Source: the human T2T-CHM13v2.0 reference genome, Homo sapiens
Direction: 5' to 3' (one strand)
Length of the DNA stretch: 64,000 nt
Assembly (NCBI RefSeq): GCF_009914755.1
Contig: NC_060940.1
A program made the position numbers and the translations under genes. How positions within the stretch are numbered: position 1 is the first letter of the stretch; each line of letters opens with the position of its first letter. Shown here in pieces: positions 1 through 13,778 of this stretch. Below the pieces are notes generated by a model that was given only the letters and a program-made list of their open reading frames with translations, did not search any database and had not been told where the DNA came from.

Positions 1-269
1 TTTTAAAGTTGCATATGTCAAATTCCCTTTTTGTCTTAAGCTAAAACTTGACTTTAGTTTTCTTTCTTTTGTAACCTTATAAGTCCTGACCAAAAGGGCT
101 GGCTTTAGATGGCATACCTTTAGTCAAGGGCCCACTCAGGCCACATACAATATCAGGCTCAAGGTAGCAAGACAGAGTCAGTTTTCACCAGTTGGTAGAG
201 GTGAGGATTCTGATCTACTGGTTCTCTTGGGCACTGTACTGGGCTTTCAGACAGAATAACTTAGGTGCC

Positions 270-668
270 TGTATTAGTCTGCTTTGCATTGCTATTAAAG
301 AACACCTGAGGCTGGGTAATTTATAAAGATAAGAGGTTTATTTGGCTCACAGTTCTGCAGGCTGTACAAGAAGCATGGCACCAGTATCTGCTCTGCCTCT
401 TGTGAGGTTTCAGAAGGCTTTAACTCATGGTGGAAAGCAAAGGGGGAGCAAGTGTATCATACGGTGAGATGGAAGAGAGAGAGGGGAGGTCCAAGACTCT
501 TTTTAACAACCAGATCTCATGTGAACTCATTACCACAGGGAGGTCACCAAGCCATTCATTAGGAATCTGCCCCCATAACTTAAGTACCTGCCAGTAGGTC
601 CCACCTCCAACACTGGGGATCACATTTCAACATGAGATTAGGAGGGGACACATATCTAAATTATATAA
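270..668 (-). mobile_element. MaLR solo LTR (MST family, MSTB-like)
   Basis: Begins TGTATTAGTC (reverse complement of the MST 3' end) with a typical MST body; intact 5-bp TSD GTGCC at 265-269 and 669-673. Confidence 0.9.
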
Positions 669-3352
669 GTGCCTGTTACTGTGTATGATTGGAGAAGACA
701 GGGACTAATGCCATAAGCCACCAGGATTGATGGATACCTTCTGTTCTGTTCTGTTCACAGTGCTAATAACTACATTGTCTGCAGAAAGGTGTCCATGAGA
801 AATGTGACCTGAGATCTGAGGTGAAATCAGCTCAAAGTTCCTGTAAATGCATCCATAGGCACTTGAATCACAAGGAATTACATGGGGGATTCAGGCATGG
901 AGTCTCAGCAACAGAGTCCAGCAGGGAGGATAGGAATGTGGGTCCAGACAGGGCAGGAGGATATAGCAGGGAGGACAGGCTAGTGATCGTTTGCCCAAAT
1001 ATCAAAGGCCATGGCCAGTGCAGACTTCGTTCAGGCACATATCAGCATGAAAAGGGGCTAATCTGGTGGTGGTGGCAGTGGTCGTAGTGGTAGGGTATGT
1101 GTATAGCAGGAACCTAAGTGGTGGCTCTACTTGAAATTTTACTGCAAAGCATGGTTCTGGGCAATCAACCCACTCGACACAGGAAGCCAGCCACGGGAGG
1201 GCATATAAGGAAAGTACACAGCCTCCCCTCTCCACCTACCATGGCAACATGTGGTAACTGCAGGGGAGAAAATAGACGTAGGCTCTCATGAGGCTACCAT
1301 AAGGTGGTAGAGATAGGGAATACCATAATTCAGTGAGTTCAAAGTCATCAAGGGCTCATCATATCCATTGATGTTAGGGTTGAATAAGATAATGCATGTG
1401 ACATATTAACTCTATAACTTGCACTTCTTTAATTACTAATGCAATTGAAACTCTTTTCATCTTTGACTATTTATGTGTCCTCCTGTGTAAATATTTTTCT
1501 GTTTTTGTATTGACACTCTCTTTTTTGAGAGTATTTATCCTTTTACATTTATTTGAAAGATCCCTTTAGACATTAAAGGCATTCATATTTTATACAATTT
1601 TTGAAGTATTATTTATGTTACCTTTGGGTGAACTTGCCTTTGCAACTTAATAAGAAAATTTTTTCCTTTATGTATTCAACTATATAAGTCAATTGTTTTC
1701 CCAAATGGTTAAGCAATAGTCTGTAAATCATTATCCCTATAAATGTGAAAGGCCACCTTTTATCATATTCTGAACTTCTATATGCTTTTCTTTGATCTGT
1801 TTCTGGACAGTCTGTCCCATGGAACTGTGTATTCCCGTACCACCGTTTTGCTGTTTTAACAATTACAGCTTTATAATACATATTAATAGGTATTGAATTC
1901 TCATTATGCCTTTTTCCCCCTCAAAGTCCTATTCTCTATTTCCAGCATGATTTCTTCTAGATGAGAATTAGAAACTTACTGTCAAGATCCGAAGAAGCCC
2001 CATTGGGACTAAGATTAGAGATAATTGGAGATACCACATTGACTCTTTCCATTCAGGATTCTGGTGTATTTTTTTTTCATTTTATCCAAATCTTTGAATA
2101 CCTCTCAGTAAAATTTTATAACGTCACTCATACAGGTATAGTACATTCCTTGTTCAGTTGGTTATTTGTTATTACGTATTCTTTTTCTTAAGAATGGAAC
2201 CTTCACACAATGCACTTTTCTCACCAGCTATTTCTGGTACAGTGGACCTCATTAAATAATAATTATTGATGATGACAAAGCTCAGTGAATAGATAATTAG
2301 AGAGAGATAAACTGACTACCCACAGTTCATTTGTGAACCTGATCATTTTACAAATAAGTGAAACAAAGAAAAATGATCACTGTGGCTTTCCCCCTTAGCA
2401 ACAATTTATGAGTTGTACTTCTGTACATAGAGAAGTCTAATTTATAAAATTTATATTTATTTATTCATTGACCTGTTTGACAAACGTGGGATACAGAAAT
2501 AAATACATCAGTTATTTTTCAACTTATTTGTTTGAGTGGCCACACATGTCACTTAGTAGGTTTATTACTCCCACGGGTGCCTACCCCCCCGCCATATGCC
2601 ATATAAGTTCAGATGCTTGTTCGTTCCGAAAGGAGTTGTCCTGCTTCTAAACACTGAGCAGAAGAAGAATCGGGGAGTACGGTCAGTCCTCAGCTATAGC
2701 TGCTTCACTGGGTTGTTCAGTCCAATAGAAGCTCTTACACTGCTGCGTTGATACCCTTGTTGAACCAGGGCTCTGGGAACACACACGTGTACTTCAGGAT
2801 TATCCCTTCCAGCTACATCCAGCTGCCATTTTAAAAACACGACTCCCTGATGATATGAAGGACATAGTGCTTCTCCTTGGGGCTGTGTTAGGCACCTCAC
2901 CAGTGAAGAGGTGAAGAGGACGTGGGAATGTCAGAGGTGTCAGAGCCTTCCAGATCCATCCTGTAACCTGTGAGTCGTGACTCCCTGTGTCCCTTAAATT
3001 CATTGCAATGAGCTCCAGGAATTCACATACATACCAGGCCTTCTATGCAGTAAAGCGAATGTGTCTTGACATAAATTTCACAGATGCACATAAATGTTGT
3101 GATTAATAACATACAACTTCATTTTAAAGCATTTACCACATTCGTAGCAGCCTTTATTATTTCTCATTTGATAGCAAATTCTCCTTTGTCTTAACCTGGC
3201 AGTTCTCTGAGGACACCATGTCCCTTGCAATCCCACAAGGGAAAGTAATTTATTATCTCAAACCCACACGCCTCAAGGGGGCAGAAAGTATGGTTATTGT
3301 GGTCCTTGTGATTTCACTCTGTGCTTTCATACCATTGTTTCATCTCATTTAA

Positions 3353-3384
3353 AAAAACCAAACCAAACCAAACCAAACCAAAAA
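3353..3384. repeat. (AAACC)n pentanucleotide microsatellite
   Basis: About 5 tandem AAACC units read directly. Confidence 0.9.
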
Positions 3385-3856
3385 CTGTTCTGAAGCTCAA
3401 GCCTCTCAACTCTAAAACGGATTCCATCCCTTTCCACTAAAGACATTCAAAACCCTGTTTCTGTATGTAATTCTGGTTCACATTTTTCCTTTTTACTCTA
3501 GTGGCTGCCATCATCTGGGCTGCCTTCAATGGCTGAGTAGTCAACCTATGCAATGCATCTCAGAGCTATGATTTCCTCATCTCTAATACCCTTACCTTCC
3601 TTTGTATCTCAGCCACCCACTGTGACCAAAGTACCTTGCACCTTATCATCTCTCTAAACTGTTCCACTCCGAGTCTGTAATGCTAGCATGCAAACCTCCT
3701 ATTCTTCCAATTTACTTGCTCAAATACCATTGTTACTACTGTTCTTTCACTGCTTAGTTATCTCCAGTTTGCTATGATCCCCATATCAATCCAGGCCCAT
3801 TTAAAAGAAATCACACAAGCTATTTCAACAGAGAGAATTTAATATTAAAAAGTGTT

Positions 3857-4151
3857 GGCTGGGTGCGGTAGCTCCCGCCTGTAATCCCAGCACTTTGGGA
3901 GGCCGAGGTGGGTGAATCACCTGAGGTCAGGGGTTTGAGACCAGCCTGGCCAATGTGGCGAAACCTTGTCTCTACTAAAAGTATAAAAATTAGCCGGGAG
4001 TGGTGACAGGCACCTGTAATCCCACCTACTCAGGAGGCTGAGGCAGGAGACTTGCTTGAACCTGGGAGGCCGTTTCAGTGAGCGGAGATTGCACCACTGC
4101 ATTCCAGCCTAGGCAACAAGAGTGAGACTCCGTCTCAAAAAAAAAAAAAAA
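3857..4151 (+). mobile_element. AluS SINE
   Basis: GGCTGGGTGCGGTAGCTC start, dimeric body, A-rich linker and poly-A tail. Confidence 0.97.
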
Positions 4152-4540
4152 TGATGTTACGTATTGAAGAACTGAAAAGGGAAAACTTTCTAACTTTAAG
4201 GCATCATGGAGGTAATGACTGCAAGAAGCAGCTACTATGACTAGAAACGAAGAAAACAAAGGGGGAAAGTTGGAATGACTAAGACATAGAAGCTTGAAGG
4301 AAAAGCCCCAGGGCTAGGTCTCAGACCTCTGAGCAGGAACACTGCTTGGCAGGTGCTGCTGCCTTTGCGAAGGTGCCAGGAAGTTGGTTCAAGAAGGAAG
4401 TCCTGCTGCAACACGAAGAAGCATTGTTAGGTGTTGGTCACAGGAATCACAGGCAGACAGAGGGGAGCAGGTTCCTCCTCCTACCTCCAGCCTTGTGGTG
4501 ACCATCTAGTGTTTTATGTTGGTAAAGCCTAATGGGACTA

Positions 4541-4912
<372 letters not shown>

Positions 4913-5559
4913 TCAAATGTCATAGAAGTGTAATTTTGCTGAGTATCAACCCTGGCCCCATGTGGGTTTGAAGCCAAAAGACAGGAGCTTAATAACTGGA
5001 ACAACTCTTTTACTTACTTTCTATCCACTATTCCCACTTCTTTGCCTTTCCAGCTTAAGATTAACTACCTAGAATTTCAGTGACTCTCTCACTGATATCA
5101 TAAATTCATTTGCTTCAAACAAGCCAATTGCACCACGAATACAAGCCCAAAACTGCCTGTAAGTCTTATTACATTCCTCTAGGCAAATTGTTTCTCCGTG
5201 CTCTGCAAAGACTGTCTTAAATCTCCACTGTCCTCAAACTTCAACTTCCTTTTTCCTCTTGCTTTTTTCTGACTTAAAGATGGAAACTTCCTCTCAACCC
5301 CCTGCTACTAAACTGACATCTGCACTCAGCCTTCCCACCTTTTCTCCTGCCTCAGTGAGAAAGGGCGTGTTTCCTTGTGTGAAGCCAGTCCCTGTGCCTG
5401 TGCCCTGGATCCCACCTTCTTCTTCTTTCTGGGAATTTTAGGATTTGCCTGTATCTGTTCCACTCTGTATCTTGGCCTTTCCCCCCTTTTACTAGGTCCT
5501 CATCTTTGGCTTTGAATAAATTTTAATTTCATTCACTAATTTCTGAAAAACTTACATTC

Positions 5560-6200
5560 AGAAAAATGGTACAGCCACTTCAGAGAACACTTTTGTGGTT
5601 TACTGTAAAGTGAACTATACATGTAACATAGGACCCAGCAATCCCACTCCTGGGTATTTACCCAAGACAAAGGGAAACTTAGGCTCATGTAAAACTTGTG
5701 TGTGAATGTTTACTGCAGTTCTCTTCAAAATCGCCCAAAACTGGAAACAATACAAATGCCCTTTAACTGGTGAGCAGAAAAAGAAATTGTAATGTATTCA
5801 TAGGATGGAATACTGTACAGGGATAAAAAAGAATAAATTACTGATATATACAACAGCATAGATGAATCTGAAATGCATTATGTCAAGTGAAAGAAGACAG
5901 ACTCACACAGGAAGGGGAACATCACACACCAGGGCCTGTTGTGGGGTGGGGGTAAGGGGGAGGGATAGCATTTGGAGATATACCTAATGTTAAATGACAA
6001 GTTACTGGGTGCAGCACACCAACATGTCACATGTATACATATGTAACTAACCTGCACGTTATGCACATGTACCCTAAAACATAAAGTATAATTAAAAAAA
6101 AAAAAAGAAGAAAGACTCAAAAAGTGACACACTATGATTCCATTTATATGACATTTTGGAAAAGTCAAAATTATAAGGACAGAAAACAGATCAGTGGTTG
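5560..6200 (+). mobile_element. Old L1M 3' fragment, interrupted by a young L1PA 3' end
   Basis: GACCCAGCAATCCCACTCCTGGGTATTTACCCAAG and ATGATTCCATTTATATGACATT motifs typical of L1MB/MC 3' regions. Confidence 0.8.
5906..6106 (+). mobile_element. 5'-truncated L1PA 3' UTR with TSD
   Basis: G-rich tract, GGGTGCAGCACACCAACATG and poly-A; TSD AAGAAGA(C/A)AGACTCA at 5891-5905 and 6105-6119. Confidence 0.95.
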
Positions 6201-8228
6201 ACATCAAAAATCCTTTTTATAATTTAAATAGATAAGCTTCTCCCACATTAAAAAACACAACAATATGACAGAAAGAAAAGGCATTTTGGATTCTTCTGTC
6301 CCCTTTAAACTTTGCAATATTGCTCTCACTTTCACAGGAAATTTTATAAAAACAATTGTCGACACTCATTTTCTTTACTACCTCTCCTTCCACTCACCCC
6401 TTGTCCAACATCACTCTTACTTTCATCTTATTAAATCCAGTGGGTATTTCTCTGTACTCATGTTCCTCAACCTTGCTCAACAGCTTCCCCAAAGTGTTGA
6501 ATCTCCCTTCTTCACTTAATTTAAGAACAGGTCTTCCTGCTTAGACAGTGCAGGAGCAAATACTGTGCTTGAGTCTGCCTGTAATTGCCCCAGTATCTAG
6601 CACAATTCATGCTGCAGATTACGAAAAACCTGAGTAGACACTTCTGGAAAGTAGTATTGGCACAGGTAGCTAGAAGAGATGACAGTGCTTGCCATTTTCA
6701 GAGAAATTCACTATCTCACCTGTTTTTCTTCTTTTATGATATCTCCACATAAAGATCTTTTTGCCATTCATCCCCAACCACTGAAGAACAAGACAAAACT
6801 GAATTGTAACTGCACAAAAGCTAAGCCTCTTGTTCATTTAATTTTTGCCTTTCTAAATGTATTTACCAGAATGATGAACCTCTTTTATTGAACCTTGAAG
6901 GAGATACCTTTTCCTCACTGGAATGGGTTCAAATTCTGGATTTATTGCAAGTTCTGTGTATCCTCTTTGATTGATTGGTGCTGAACAGCCAAGCAGCAAC
7001 ATTACTAATTATCCTCAGGATGTAATGCAGTTGAAGAGTCATTAAGAACTCTCTAAATTTGGAAAGCCTCCACTGCCAAACAAAGCGACTCTCTTCTCAC
7101 TTCAGCCAGGAGGACAATGCACAGTCAGGTCTCTGGGGTCCTCTTTGACTCAACTTGGACTTCGTTTGTGTTCTAGCAACTCCAATAACACAGGACATGC
7201 CCCTAATTTTGCCCAGTGACAAAGATGAAGCAGAATTCTGCTGAAGTGACTAGACTTTATTTTTATCTTTTCTCTAGTAAGAATTTGGTAAGCTTTTCTT
7301 CTGTGTAGAGCACAGGGCTGCCATAGGGCAAGTAGATGGAACTTGCTTAATTGTAAGGCAGAGTTTGTGTGGTTTAGGGACCCAAATATTTCTCCCATCA
7401 GCCTGTCTCTGATCCCTAATCTACTGTTGAATGTACAGTGCCTTGTGAAATGAAGGAGTTGTGACCTAATTAAAAAAACTGAGTGGGAGGAGAAAATGTA
7501 CTGGATCTGATATATGAACTCAGATCATGTACGCAAAGTACTCATTACAGCGTCTGGAGCATGGAGAGTACTTAATAAATATGAGCTGTTATTTCTATTA
7601 CTAATAATTGCTGCAGCATTCATGAAGCAAATCTTTGTTGAGCATCTAGTTGGTGCCAGGATACTGTACTAGACAGAGATACAGAGATGGATTGCTGTAA
7701 TTTCTCCTCTCAAAAACATGAGGTAATCAGGGTAATAAAACACTCTGATAAATAATTAGAATTTAACATAATAAATGCTATTCATAGTAGAGGAATTGAG
7801 CACTATGTCACAGTGGAGAACCATGCAGCTAGCTGGGCTTGTACAAGACAGGAGACACTGTATGGAAGAGACAGGCCAGGAAAAACATTTAGGGCTTTGA
7901 CAGATGAAGAATGAGGGAAAGGGCATTTTGGGGAGATAAAGTCCATTTAGGAAAAAGCAAAATAACTTGAAAACAGCACAACAGAATAACAGGGGACGGT
8001 CATTAGTCCACCGTGTTCAGAACACGATTATTATGGAGGGATGTAAAGGAAAATTAGACAGAAAAAATATCCTAAATAATTGAATTCACCTCTTAAGAGC
8101 TGCATAAACTTAATCCTGTAAGAAATAAGGGACCCGTGAATAATACATAAGTGAATGGGTATGGCTGTGTTCTAATAAAACCTTATTGACACAAACAAAC
8201 AGTAGGCCAAGTACAGGTTTTCAAGCAG

Positions 8229-8596
8229 TGATAAGCTCTGTGACCCCACCCAAATCTCATCTTGAACTGTAATTCCCATAATCCCCACATGTCAAGGGAG
8301 GGACGTGGTGGCAGGCGATTGGATCATGGGGGTGATTCCCCTATGCCGTTCTCATGATAGTGAGTGAATTTTCATGAAATTTGATGGCTTTATAAGTGTC
8401 TGACAGTTCCACCTTCACATGCACTCTCTCTCCTGCTGTCTTGTCAGAAGGTTCCTGCTTCCTATTCCACCATGACTGTAAGTTGTCTGAGGCCTCTCTA
8501 GCCATGCAGAACTGTGAGTTAATTAAACCTCCTTTGTTTATAAATTACTCAGTCTTGGGTAGTATCTTTATAGCAGTGTGAAAATGGACTAATACA
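8229..8596 (+). mobile_element. THE1/MST MaLR solo LTR
   Basis: TG...CCCACCCAAATCTCATCTTGAA...GGACTAATACA; near-TSD AGCAG/AACAG. Confidence 0.92.
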
Positions 8597-8656
8597 AACA
8601 GGGTCTACAAAAAAAGTTACTGTTTAGAAAGAATACATTCATTAATAGTGAAGGGC

Positions 8657-8958
8657 AGAGGTTGGCAAACTATGGCCCATGGGCCAAATCCAGTCCTCCT
8701 CATGAGCTAAGAATAGTTTTTGCATTTTTAAAAAATTGGAAATCAATCCAAAGAAGACTATTTCACAGCACATGAAAATGATAGAATATCCAAATTTCAA
8801 TGTCTATAAATGAAGTTTAATGGAGTATAGCGACACCCATTTGCTTTTGCCATGCCTATGGTTGCCTTTATGCTACAACAGCAGAGATGAGTGGTTGCCA
8901 CAGAGACTCTCTAAAATATTTACAACCTGCTGTTTAAAGAAAAGGTTTGCTGGTCCCT
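8657..8958. mobile_element. hAT-Charlie MITE (MER58B-like)
   Basis: Terminal inverted repeats CAGAGGTTGGCAAAC ... GTTTGCTGGTCCCTG. Confidence 0.8.
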
Positions 8959-9155
8959 GGTTGAAGGATATACATTAGAGCAGAGGGAAAAGGGGAGGGC
9001 AGGAAGATGTGTGCTAAGGCCTGAGGAAAGGGATGCTTCACCAGTGTTTCTCAAACCCAACTTATGGGTAGGCTTCTTACAAAACTTCTCCAGGAGCTCT
9101 GGTGCAACTGAAATTATTTTATTCAAAAGTAAAATAAATATTTACAGACAGATTA

Positions 9156-9491
<336 letters not shown>

Positions 9492-9772
9492 CTATTACAT
9501 TAACTCTAAAATCAAAACAAACTTAAAAATTAAATACAAATAAATTTTTTAATTTATTTGACAGGACTAGTCAATTTCTTAATATCTTTAATTTAATGTG
9601 ACAAGTGATATCTTTTTGCAACATCAAGATTTCTGTTTCTAGGCCCAATGCTGGTCACTAGGTTTATTTGAGTGTGAGGGCAGGTGTCTACCACCATGAT
9701 CTGGTTGATGACTTAATTATCTCACAATCTTCTCTAGGTGCAAATGCTTCAGAAACCTTCATTCACATGGAA

Positions 9773-9982
9773 CAGTGGTCAGCAAAATTTTCTGTAAAGG
9801 GTCGGATAACAAATACTTTAGGTTTTGTGACTCCTGTGACAACTACTCATCTCTGCCATTGTAACTGGAAAGCATCCACATACAATATATAAATGATGGT
9901 CATGGCTGTGTTCCAACAAAACTTTATTGAAAAAAACAAGCAGTGGGCCAGAATTGGCATAAAGGCTGCAGTTCACTGATGA
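9773..9982. mobile_element. MER58A-like hAT MITE
   Basis: CAGTGGTCAGCAAA...GTAAAGGG...GGCTGTGTTCCAACAAAACTTTATT signature; further fragments near 8140-8210 and 10110-10185. Confidence 0.8.
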
Positions 9983-11079
9983 TTATTGCAGATCATGAAC
10001 TTCTCCATCAGGAAAGCAGGCAATAGGCAGGAATTTCTGTGTAGTCATGGACACATTTAACAGGCCAGGAGACAACTGCAGAACAAAGGGAGATCAATCA
10101 ACCACATACAGTATTTACGAAATTTTGTTCACAAAACTAGGCAACCGACTGGATTTGGTTCACAAACCATAGTTTACTAACCCTGGATACAAAACAATGT
10201 CAGATTATGCTTTTACTTAACACTTGTATCCAAACCAGTTCACAACAACAATGATCACATTGGGAATTTTCCTTGGATCAGAATATGGCTGCCACCAACA
10301 GCTCCTCAACCATAAGAGGCTCAGAGATGCTCAGAGGTCATAACCACTTAGTTTCTGATGGGACAGCCAGAAGGGCTGGGAGATGATAGGTTTTATGCAT
10401 TAGCCACCAGGGTCTAATGCACACAAACAGAATCTGTGCACCACTGATGTTGGTCCTTAAACTTGAAAATGCAGTAAACAAAGAGATTTGGAAATAGTCT
10501 TTTAAATTTGGTACCTAACTTTTTATCCACACAGCAAGGCACTTGGGATCAGAATTTTGATTCTCTTTACGAAGCCCTTCTATATATAGAATCACATTCT
10601 ACTTCTCTCTTGTAGCCTAACACACCAGAGAATTAATTTTATTGTTATTATGTTTTAATTTTAGACAAAGAATACATTTTGAAAGAAAGAAGGGACAGGA
10701 AATAATATACTTTGAATAAAGAATAGGCTTGTTTAGTAGAGAGTTGCAAGAAAACAAGAAACAACTTTGCCACACATTTTCCCCTTACTCTCCTCTTCCC
10801 AGGACAGTAAGTTCAGAAAAAAATGGAGATAAAATCAGATTTTGGTGTGTGTGCTTATACTTTTCATCTGGTGAATGAATGGGTGGCTCTTTACCAAACA
10901 GACAAGAAGGCTGAGTTCTCCAGTGGGGCTTGTTTTTCTCGGTATTTTTGGACAAATTGTACTCCGTTACCTATAACCCTAATTATATGTGCTGGCCCCT
11001 ATGCTAGGTGCTAGTAAACTAGAATGGAAGGTAAGAGCATCTTGCGATGAAACGGATGGCACCAATTGGGCACCACCAA

Positions 11080-11300
11080 AAAGTGTTTAATAATTGCCTG
11101 TTATGTGCCAAGCACTATGCCAAGTGCTCTACGTATGATTTCTCTGGTAATACCAATGAACATCCCGTTTAATAGACATATTATCTTCACCTACTTTACA
11201 AGTAAGAAAATTGAGACTCACAGAGGTTAAATAATTTGGCAAAGGACAGACAGCTATTAAGTGGCAGAGTGCGGTTCTGACCCTGCTTGTCCTAGTCTTT
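11080..11300 (-). mobile_element. MIR SINE
   Basis: MIR core TTTACAAGTAAGAAAATTGAGACTCACAGAGGTTAAATAATTTG. Confidence 0.8.
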
Positions 11301-11599
11301 GAGCTGCTATTCTGCTACATACATAAGTTGAACACCTAAACAGACAATTCCACACTATCCTATCATGCTATGAGATGGTCAGAACGGCAGTAGAGGCTCT
11401 GGGACCATGGAGGTTGTGATGGGGGTGGGTTGATTTTATGCAGAGTATTAGAAAGCAAATGAATTATGGGATATGACTTATGGGTGGGAACCAAGCATAG
11501 CCTAGCTTCTGAACCTAGTGGAGTGTTTTGCTGAAGATCTCATTTTAGATTATACTGGACTGTTTTGGAGGAAAAAAGAGAAAACAATCAGCCAAGTTT

Positions 11600-12000
11600 T
11601 CCTTCTAGAGATCCCCATGGCTAACCCCGTCACTCCCTGCAAACCTTTTAAAATGTCGTCTTTACTGTGAGAGCTACCGGACCACCTTATTTAAATTGCA
11701 GCCTGCCTACCCTCTGTCATCACTTGGAGTTCTTCCCTCTTCCCCTTTTCCTTATTTTCTTACAGAATTGTTTTCACCTTCTAACATACTGTACTGTACT
11801 GTATAAGTTACTTATTTGTCATGTTTTTTGCTGATTTTCATTATTCACTACTTGAGTTCACCCCTTTAGAATGTAAAATCAATGAGAGGAGGGATCTGTG
11901 TCTGTTTCGTTCACTCACATATCCGAAGTTCCCAAGAAGAGTGCCTTGTATACAGTGGGTCCTCATTCGAGAGTTGTTGAATTAGTGAATGAGGAAATGA
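11600..12000 (+). mobile_element. L2 3' fragment
   Basis: TAGAATGTAAAATCAATGAG...GTGCCTTGTATACAGTGG...TTGTTGAATTAGTGAATG, the L2 3' terminus pattern. Confidence 0.7.
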
Positions 12001-13363
12001 ATCTTGAGAAACCAACCATGGGCATACTATTGGGCTGAATGATTTTAATGGCCCTTCCCAATCCTACCATTCTGCTCCCACATCTAAGAAAAGCATCTTT
12101 CCATTTAAGATGCAAGAGTATTGGAAAGCAAGTTCCCGCCTATCTAGATACCTGACTATCACTGGGATAGTGCTTTTGGACCTGGATTAAGCCTACATGT
12201 TCAATAAGCTTACATCTTCAGTCTACTGTGCTCATCTTCATTCCAGTCCTCTGCTCTCCTGACATGAGCAGTTATAGAAGAGAATTTAGTGCATACAGCA
12301 AATATTCCCCACATCTCAATGGCAGGCAGAACAAACTCTGTGATTTGAGTTGGAAATATTTTTTTAAAAATTCATGGGAATGTCTTTGAATTTGAATTAA
12401 CATAATTATAAAATTTACAAGCATCCAGTGTGCTTTTTATAAGGCTCCTATAACAGATGTGTCAAATGTCTAGCTTTGAAAGGACTTCATAATTCAGTTA
12501 CAATTTCCTCTGGGTTAAATATTGGAGTCTGAGAGTTGGGGGTTGGGGAATGAGAGCCATGCATTTCTTGACATGCCATCTGAATGCAGGATGGATGGAG
12601 TCAGTAACAAAGGCTGCGTCCTTTTCTTCTTTTCATTATGTTGAATCATACCCCCTTAATAGGTGAGGAGCACTCCCCATCTTTAAAGGTTGGAACTAAC
12701 TTCCAAATTCTTTCTTGAGCACATTTTGGCTGCTACCAATCCCTGTATCTGTTTGCACTCCATGGATGGAAGGGATGGAGGGTGCCAACATTTACTTCTG
12801 TGTAACCAATGATGATCAAATCTGGAGCTCTGCTTTGACAGTTGATGTCAAAGGACAAATTTAGTGTCATTTATTGTGCATTCATTCCTTTTTTAATGCA
12901 TATACCCCAGTTTCCAAAGACAGAAAAATCTGAGGTTATTCTTGATTGTTCCTCCAGCTTCACCGCCTTTCCCTGGCTGTCATTTAGTCACCAACTTCCA
13001 TCACTTGACCCCTAAATATTTTTATAATCCATCCACTTCTCTCCATCCTCACTACTCTTACCCTACTTATGACTACCATATTGTTCTTCTGTTAAGCTCC
13101 TAAATCTTAAATGAGGTCTGTAAACAGGGTGACAAATTCATCCAGGGTTCCCCAGGAGTGTTCCAGTTTTAAAATGGAAAGTCCCACATCCCCAAATCTA
13201 CCACCCCTCAATCCCGGCCAAACCAGAACTTCTGGCCCCACTACCTGTCTGTCTTGTAACTCTCTGCTTCCTTTGTTTGCTCCAGCCTCACTGACTTTCT
13301 TCCAGTTGTGTGAACTTGGCCATGTTCTTTCCTACCTCAAGACCTTCATTCTGGCTGGACTTC

Positions 13364-13778
13364 GGTCTTAATCTGTTTTATGTTGCTATAAAGGAATAGC
13401 AGAAGTTGGGTAATTTGTAAAGAAAAAAAGTTTATTTGGATCCTAATTCCAGTGGCTGGGAAGTTCAAGATTGGGCATCTGGAGAGGGCCTGAGGCTGCT
13501 GCCAATCTTGGTGGAAGGTGAAAGGGAGCCAGCATGTGCAGAGATTGCATGGTAAGAGAGGAAGCAAGAGGGAGAGAGGGAAGGTGCCAAGGTCTTTTTA
13601 ACAACCAGCTCTCTCAGGGACTAATAGAGAACTCACCCCCACTCCCACTCCCCAGGACATTAATCTATTCATGAGGGATCCACTCCCATGACCCAGACAC
13701 TTCCCATTAAGCCCCACCTTCAACACAGGGGATCAAACTTAAACATGAGGTTTGGAGGGAAACATCCAAGCCACAGCA
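13364..13778 (-). mobile_element. MST-family MaLR solo LTR
   Basis: GTCTTAATCTGTTTTATGTTGCTATAAAGGAATA...AAACATCCAAGCCACAGCA. Confidence 0.85.
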